Shown: positions 58,927-64,000 of the stretch, piece after piece | How the letters are laid out: every line of letters starts with the position of its first letter | Position numbering within the stretch: the stretch's first letter is position 1 | Position numbers and translations under genes: made by a program | From: an uncultured Verrucomicrobiae bacterium | GTDB lineage: Bacteria; Verrucomicrobiota; Verrucomicrobiia; Chthoniobacterales; JAFAMB01 | NCBI GenBank assembly: GCA_963782115.1 | Contig: CAWAIK010000030.1 | Coordinates: forward strand, 152,249-216,248 | Length of the DNA: 64,000 nt | Direction of reading: 5' to 3' | The notes under the pieces: generated by a model | Databases searched by the model: none | What the model was told of the DNA's origin: nothing | What the model saw: only the letters and a program-made list of their open reading frames with translations

Positions 58927-58943
58927 ATTTCGGGGACAGGACA
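58927..58943. repeat. solo 17-nt copy of the MITE-like right terminus (ATTTCGGGGACAGGACA), abutting CTAG
   Basis: Identical to 59162-59178 and 6972-6988, and directly followed by CTAG (58944-58947) and the full element. Confidence 0.6.
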
Positions 58944-58947
58944 CTAG

Positions 58948-59178
58948 TGTCCTGTCCCCGAAGTAGCAGGTAGTTTGCCCCGGCCCAGAGGGTTGCGATG
59001 AAAATGGGCCGGCGGCTGCGTTGCTCGTCGGTCACGTCCCGCACCAGTTTGACGGCTCGCCGCGCAAACCAACTCGCTACCTACGAACGTCAAACTGGTG
59101 CGGGATGCTCCCTCCTCGCGCCTTGCCGGCGGCCCATTTTGATCGCAACGAACTACCTGCTATTTCGGGGACAGGACA
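58948..59178. mobile_element. 231-bp CTAG-flanked nested-palindrome element (MITE-like, non-coding)
   Basis: 28-bp terminal inverted repeats 58948-58975 / 59151-59178 with 1 mismatch. Inner arms are 58992-59015 / 59126-59149 (imperfect) and 59038-59054 / 59088-59104 (perfect 17 bp). CTAG lies on both flanks (58944-58947 and 59179-59182). Confidence 0.7.
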
Positions 59179-59940
59179 CTAGATGCTCGTGAATGTCTGG
59201 CCGCTTGAATATTGGCGGAGCCTTTGCTCCATTCCGGGCAGCTGAGCTTTCCGATCGTCTGGTTCCAGCAGCGTGATTGCGAGTTGCTGGTATTTGACCG
59301 CGTCCGCAAAATTGCCTGCCGTCGCGGACGCGGCGGCCAGGGTATCGACGGAGAAAGCGTTCTTCCAATTGCTCAGGGTGCAGGCCTTGGTGGCGATCGC
59401 CACTGCTCGTCGGCCATCCCTGACTCGGCTATTCTTTGAAGTGGCGAGCATCCACGCCAAATCATTGAGCGTGGTGGGATCCGTCGGTTGAAGATGAACC
59501 GCCTGTTCGAGGGACTTTTTCGCTTCATCATAGCGACCGTAGTCGATGCAGCTTCTCGCTTTGCTCTCGTAGAGCTCCGCCAGCAGACCGGCGGAAACAT
59601 TGCTTCTGCGCGCGAGGTTAATGCTCGTATCGATCTCTTTGAGAGCCTCACCCCCGCGTTTGGCAAGAACCAGCACGGCAGACTTTAAAAAGTAGGAGCG
59701 CCAGTTGTTCGGGTCGGTCGCAATCACTTGGTCGATCATCGCGAGGGCTTCATTGACCTTGCCGGCTTCTGCAAGTTTGAATGCGCTGTCTAGTTGTGCC
59801 TGGCCAATCGTCATCCGTTGCTGCCAGATTTCTCCCCATCCCTGCTGACTTTGCGCTAATCCCGATTCTGCACTAATGAGGTAAACGCCGAAGACGAGAA
59901 AAACGGCCGACCAAAGCGCCGCTGATCGTGTAATATTCAT
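59179..59940 (-). CDS. TPR-repeat protein, secreted or anchored
   Basis: The Met at 59940 gives MNITRSAALWSAVFLVFGVYLISA (signal/anchor), followed by several TPR-like repeats. The stop TAG (59181-59179) lies within the CTAG that flanks the repeat element. Confidence 0.8.
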   Translation of the reverse strand: MNITRSAALWSAVFLVFGVYLISAESGLAQSQQGWGEIWQQRMTIGQAQLDSAFKLAEAGKVNEALAMIDQVIATDPNNWRSYFLKSAVLVLAKRGGEALKEIDTSINLARRSNVSAGLLAELYESKARSCIDYGRYDEAKKSLEQAVHLQPTDPTTLNDLAWMLATSKNSRVRDGRRAVAIATKACTLSNWKNAFSVDTLAAASATAGNFADAVKYQQLAITLLEPDDRKAQLPGMEQRLRQYSSGQTFTSI

Positions 59941-59949
59941 GACTGCACC

Positions 59950-60897
59950 ATGCAACAATTTGATAAACAACTGATTTGTGCCGTAGGCTGGGTATTTTAC
60001 TCTGCATGTGGCGGTTTTCCTAGCTTAAAGGCAAGCGAACCGATTCAAGCCATCTATGGCACAACGCTGAGTCGCAGCACAGGCAACCACCTTTTTGTTT
60101 CTGTTCGGGTCAACAATCGACCGGCTTGGTTTGCCGTCGACACCGGCGCTGCACTCAGCATCGTGGATTCCAACAAGGCGAAGCTTCTCGGGTTATCAAA
60201 AGGTCCCAGTGTTATTCAGGTGCCGAAACAGATCGAGGTCAACAACCGGATCGTTCCGGTGGCGGTGGTCGATAGTCTTTTCGTTGGAACCGACAATCTC
60301 GGGTCAGGGCCGGTGGCATTGATCGATTTGCGTGATTTTCGCGCCAAGCTCCGCGATTCAGGGCATCGCGTGACGATGGATGGAATCATCGGATTGGACA
60401 TCTTGCAGCGCTACAGCGCCGTCATTGATTGCCGGAATCAGCGGATTTACCTCACAGTTCCGGGGGAGGACGCAGAAGCGATTATCAAGAGCACAAGACG
60501 AGGCCGTTATAACGCTGTGCCGATGCGTATCACACATTCCGGCGCGCTTGAAGTAGAAGGCCGGATCGGCCGCAACCGGTACAGCTTTGTCGTTGACACA
60601 GGCGGATTCGCGACCCTGGTGCCATCGGCGGTAGCAAAGCAGAATGGGATTCCGGTCATCGGAACGACCGTGAACGCAAAAGGGATTCACTCAAAAGAAC
60701 GGCCGGTCGGTGTGACAATTGCGCCGGAGTTTGATTTGGGTAAATACCCGCTCGGCCCCGCGTTGATCGGAGTCACAGGTCTGCCGGAAGGTCCTGAGGA
60801 TCTTCGCTACCAGTTTGGCGGTCTGATCGGCGCCGATTTCTTCTTCGAACGCGGCGGCATCATCGACATCGGGACCAAGACCCTTTACTTCAAATAG
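59950..60897 (+). CDS. tandem retropepsin-like (clan AA) aspartic protease, secreted
   Basis: Two DTG active-site motifs in one chain: WFAVDTGAALSIVD and YSFVVDTGGFATLV. Each is followed by a GIIGxD-type flap/end motif (DGIIGLDIL, GGLIGADFF). The N-terminus is hydrophobic. Confidence 0.7.
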   Translation: MQQFDKQLICAVGWVFYSACGGFPSLKASEPIQAIYGTTLSRSTGNHLFVSVRVNNRPAWFAVDTGAALSIVDSNKAKLLGLSKGPSVIQVPKQIEVNNRIVPVAVVDSLFVGTDNLGSGPVALIDLRDFRAKLRDSGHRVTMDGIIGLDILQRYSAVIDCRNQRIYLTVPGEDAEAIIKSTRRGRYNAVPMRITHSGALEVEGRIGRNRYSFVVDTGGFATLVPSAVAKQNGIPVIGTTVNAKGIHSKERPVGVTIAPEFDLGKYPLGPALIGVTGLPEGPEDLRYQFGGLIGADFFFERGGIIDIGTKTLYFK

Positions 60898-61023
60898 GGC
60901 GTTGCTCGGTTCGCCCGCGTAGGAGATGGCCAAGCCGGATCTTTTGTTGCAATGGCTTAGCCCGGCGCGAAACGAAGCACCGGGGCACAAGAAACCGGTA
61001 ACCAGAAACAGGAGGTCAAAGCT

Positions 61024-61488
61024 GTGGCGGCAGCGCAGACCGCAAAGGCACACTGGGTAAAGCGGGACACGATTGGTTGGATCGGAGCAGAACCCACCGG
61101 CACTTATCGGCTGTACTATTCTTTGACCGACGGGATCACTGCAAAAATGTCAGGCGGGGCTCAGCGCGCTGCGTTCGTCCCGCTTTTCATGGATCGGAAT
61201 GGCTTACCGCAAGTGGTCATCGAGAAGTTTCCATTCCTGAAAGGTGCAACCGCTTTCAGGATTTCCGAGAAGGATCTGGCTCAGGTTCCTGGTTTGCTGA
61301 AAGGCGATTTGGCTATCGCGAAAATGAACGATGCAGCGACCGGCGAAACCACCTCTTTACAAATCGCCGGCGTCCTGGATGACCTCTTCTACTTCGACGG
61401 AGAACTAGGCGCACAGCTATCCGGAAATGCGATTCGGTTCCGGTTATGGGCCCCGACGGCCCGGTCTGTGCGAGCTGCTCGTCTATGA
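61024..61488 (+). CDS. pullulanase N-terminal fragment (frame 1 of an apparently frameshifted gene)
   Basis: AHWVKRDTIGW...KFPFLKGATAFRI...LLKGDLAIA...QIAGVLDDLFY...IRFRLWAPTARSV matches pullulanase N-terminal/CBM48 regions. The frame ends 5 codons after WAPTARSV. Confidence 0.7.
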   Translation: MAAAQTAKAHWVKRDTIGWIGAEPTGTYRLYYSLTDGITAKMSGGAQRAAFVPLFMDRNGLPQVVIEKFPFLKGATAFRISEKDLAQVPGLLKGDLAIAKMNDAATGETTSLQIAGVLDDLFYFDGELGAQLSGNAIRFRLWAPTARSVRAARL

Positions 61489-63631
61489 TGACCCGGATAA
61501 TGCGGCGAGAGAGGTTTACCCGATGGCTGGGGGTGACGCTGGCGTCTGGGAAACCCGGGTAGGGGATGCAGGCTGGCTGAACAGCAAGTATTACGTTTAT
61601 GAAATTGAGGTATTTTCGCGAATGAAAGGCGAGATCGTCACAAACGTCGTCACTGATCCTTATTCGGTGGGACTCGCGCCCAACTCTTTGAAAAGCCTGC
61701 TCGTGGACCTGGATTGCCCGGCTAGCAAGCCGGACTCATGGAATTTGATTTCGAAACCGCACCTGGCGAGTCCGACCGACATCGTCCTGTATGAGTTGCA
61801 CATTCGCGATTTTTCAATATCCGATGAGACCGTTCCTGAGCAGGATCGCGGAAAGTACACCGCGTTCACCCATATTTTCTCAAACGGGATGCTGCACCTG
61901 TGGAGTCTCGCGAGGGCAGGCTTGACCCATCTGCATTTGCTTCCAGCGTTTGACTTCACGTCCGTCCCGGAGTTGGCCGAGGAGCAGAAGATCCCACGGA
62001 TCGATCGACCGATTTCGGCACCGGATTCACCGGATCCACAGCGAGCGATTGCCGCGGTGAAAGACCAGGATGCTTACAACTGGGGTTATGATCCCTACCA
62101 TTACGGAACACCGGAGGGAAGCTATTCAACGAATCCATATGGTATCGCGCGAATCCGGGAGTTCCGAGCGATGGTGGAAGCGATTCATTTGATCGGGCTC
62201 CGAGTCGTGATGGACGTGGTTTACAATCACACGGCAGCAGCTGGGCAGGATGTGTTCTCGGTGCTGGATAAGGTGGTCCCGGGATATTATTACCGGCTCG
62301 ACCCCAACGGCGATTTTTATACGAGTACCTGTTGCCCGAATACTGCTTCCGAGCATCGCATGTTTTTTAAGCTCATGCTCGATACCTTGAAAATCTGGGC
62401 GACGGAATATCGAGTGGACGGGTTCCGTTTTGATCTGATGGGTTTCAGCTTCAAAAGCAACCTGCTGGAGATCAAAAAGGCCCTGCACCAAATCGATCCG
62501 ACGATCTATCTGTATGGAGAAGGTTGGGACTTCGGTGAAGTGGCGACCAACGCCTTAGGTAAAAATGCGACCCAGTCGAATATGGCGGGAACCGGGATCG
62601 GCACCTTCAGCGATCGGGGCCGGGACGCCATTCGCGGAGGAGGGGCCTTCGACAGGGGGCGAAATCTTGTGGCCGAGCAAGGGTTCATTAACGGACTGTG
62701 GTATGACAAGAACGATTTCGGGAACGGAACACTCCAACAGCTCCTGGATGCGAGTGATCTCGTGAGGTTGGCTCTGGCTGGAACGGCAAAGGATTACCAA
62801 CTCGTGGATAATCGAGGGGCCTTGGTGACAGGGGCGCAGCTTGACTACGGCGGCCAGGCTGCGGGTTACAGTCAGGATCCGAGTGACGTGATCAACTACA
62901 TTTCGGCGCACGATAACCAGACGCTTTTCGACAACAATCAATACAAGTTACCGATTGACACTGGGATGAGCGATCGCGTGCGGGTGAACAATTTGGGGCT
63001 TGCGCTGGTCGGTCTGGCACAAGGAGTACCCTTCTTTCATGCTGGCGATGACATCCTGCGCTCGAAGTCATTCGACAGAAACAGCTACAACTCCGGAGAC
63101 TGGTTCAACCGACTCGATTGGACCTATCAAACGAATAATTTCGCCGCGGGGTTGCCGCCGGAGTCGGATAACAAAAATGATTGGCCGATAATGGAACCGT
63201 TTTTGAAGAATGCAGCAATCAATCCCGGCTTTAGCAACATCTATGCATCCCACCTTTATTTCAAAGATGTCCTTCGTATTCGAAAATCGACGCCGCTTTT
63301 CCGATTGCAAACACGGAAAGAGGTAGCCGATCGGGTGAAATTCTATAATGTCGGCGCGAACCAGCAACATGCCGTGATTGTGATGGTGGTTCTTGACGAC
63401 CAAGGAAGCACGCTCGACCCGGAATCGAGGAGCGTTGTGGTGCTCTTTAACGCCGATAAAATCCAGAAAACGATCGATCTACCCGACTACGTTGGGCATT
63501 CTCTCGAATTGCATCCGGTCCTCCGGCGTTCCAATGCCGATCTCGTTGTCAGGCAGGCTCGATACGATTGCTTGACTGGTACGTTTATCATCCCACCAAG
63601 GACAACCGCTGTTTTTCTGGAAAGGCGGTAG
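61427..63631 (+). CDS. pulA: pullulanase-type alpha-1,6-glucosidase (GH13), main body
   Basis: ELLVYDD..., YELHIRDFS, YNWGYDPYHYGTPEGSYS, VVMDVVYNHT, DGFRFDLMG, YGEGWDF and YISAHDN are all present. The true protein continues from the upstream fragment after a frame change near 61465-61475. Confidence 0.88.
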   Translation: MRFGSGYGPRRPGLCELLVYDDPDNAAREVYPMAGGDAGVWETRVGDAGWLNSKYYVYEIEVFSRMKGEIVTNVVTDPYSVGLAPNSLKSLLVDLDCPASKPDSWNLISKPHLASPTDIVLYELHIRDFSISDETVPEQDRGKYTAFTHIFSNGMLHLWSLARAGLTHLHLLPAFDFTSVPELAEEQKIPRIDRPISAPDSPDPQRAIAAVKDQDAYNWGYDPYHYGTPEGSYSTNPYGIARIREFRAMVEAIHLIGLRVVMDVVYNHTAAAGQDVFSVLDKVVPGYYYRLDPNGDFYTSTCCPNTASEHRMFFKLMLDTLKIWATEYRVDGFRFDLMGFSFKSNLLEIKKALHQIDPTIYLYGEGWDFGEVATNALGKNATQSNMAGTGIGTFSDRGRDAIRGGGAFDRGRNLVAEQGFINGLWYDKNDFGNGTLQQLLDASDLVRLALAGTAKDYQLVDNRGALVTGAQLDYGGQAAGYSQDPSDVINYISAHDNQTLFDNNQYKLPIDTGMSDRVRVNNLGLALVGLAQGVPFFHAGDDILRSKSFDRNSYNSGDWFNRLDWTYQTNNFAAGLPPESDNKNDWPIMEPFLKNAAINPGFSNIYASHLYFKDVLRIRKSTPLFRLQTRKEVADRVKFYNVGANQQHAVIVMVVLDDQGSTLDPESRSVVVLFNADKIQKTIDLPDYVGHSLELHPVLRRSNADLVVRQARYDCLTGTFIIPPRTTAVFLERR

Positions 63632-63637
63632 AATCCC

Positions 63638-64000
63638 ATGGGTGAGCTGGATCTCGTTCAAGACTTGGCAGTGGTAACGTTCTTCGCCGGCATAGGCGGC
63701 TTTCTGTGCCAGAAGATCGGCCTCTCGAGCATAGTTGGTTTCCTCCTCGCCGGCCTCTTGATCGGTCCGCACACTCCTCCTTTTTCGATCGTGTTGCATG
63801 AAGATCGGATAGAGGCTTTGTCGCAATTGGGCTTGGTCTTTCTGATGTTCTCAATCGGACTCGATTTAAGCGTCGGCAAGCTACGAAGAATGGGAATCGG
63901 CATCGTCCTGGCGGTGGCTTTCGGCGCGATCCTTGTTTTTAATATCGTCCGCTCGATTTGCCCATTCCTCGGAGTCAGCTCGTCAGAAAGTCTGTTTGTG
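63638..64000 (+). CDS. cation:proton antiporter (CPA2/Kef-type), 5' part only
   Basis: My translation from the ATG at 63638 gives MGELDLVQDLAVVTFFAGIGGFLCQKIGLSSIVGFLLAGLLIGPHTPPFSIV...LSQLGLVFLMFSIGLDL, a typical Na_H_exchanger N-terminus. It is open-ended at the window edge. Confidence 0.8.
   Translation, partial: MGELDLVQDLAVVTFFAGIGGFLCQKIGLSSIVGFLLAGLLIGPHTPPFSIVLHEDRIEALSQLGLVFLMFSIGLDLSVGKLRRMGIGIVLAVAFGAILVFNIVRSICPFLGVSSSESLFV

Noticed and set aside
58998-59192. 64-aa ORF inside the 231-bp repeat (tail NYLLFRGQDT shared with the ORF at 6592-7011)
   Set aside because: The shared tail is simply the translated repeat terminus. The ORF lies wholly within a palindromic non-coding element.
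1-64000. Search for rRNA, tRNA, CRISPR arrays, integrases and recognisable defence genes (Cas, restriction-modification, Abi, retron RT, etc.)
   Set aside because: No cloverleaf-like intergenic sequences, no spacer-repeat arrays and no such protein signatures were seen. The only nuclease-like accessory gene is the Uma2-family ORF. This was a by-eye search, so small ncRNAs could have been missed.

Overview
This 64-kb chromosomal window is from a moderately GC-rich bacterium. The gene content (DUF1573, GYF_2/Yip1, Sel1-repeat Ser/Thr kinase, many 4-nt ATGA gene overlaps) suggests the PVC superphylum, perhaps Verrucomicrobiota, but that is only an inference.

About 60 protein-coding genes are present, mostly housekeeping:
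- a tightly coupled minus-strand chain hom-thrC-lysC / argH-NUDIX-tatC
- alr, efp, kpsF, nfo, adk, fmt, hisF, rarA, sppA and a pullulanase
- a soluble NtrB/NtrC-type two-component pair co-transcribed with a LolA-like periplasmic protein
- a TolQ/TolR/TolA-like trio followed by a 1088-aa kinase

I found no rRNA, tRNA or CRISPR array. I also found no clear-cut multi-gene novel defence system.

The observations most worth a second look:
1. A family of CTAG-flanked nested-palindrome MITE-like elements, with a 59-bp copy at 6.93 kb and a 231-bp copy plus a solo end at 58.9-59.2 kb. Their flanking CTAGs coincide with stop codons of neighbouring genes.
2. A decaying accessory island at about 46.4-51.5 kb. 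It holds a Uma2 endonuclease, a truncated Tn3-family transposase remnant, a multiply frameshifted SGNH hydrolase, other broken ORFs and a roughly 500-bp non-coding gap.
3. A kinase / pseudokinase-like / TM / Pro-rich tandem-repeat / Sel1 receptor protein.
4. An orphan RelE/ParE-like gene with an acidic tail.
5. A four-gene same-strand cassette of unknown function at 23.5-26.4 kb.
6. A perfect 28-bp CTAG-rich palindrome.
7. Isolated frameshifts in nfo and the pullulanase gene.

All functional calls come from motif recognition in the supplied translations or my own translations. No database search was run.
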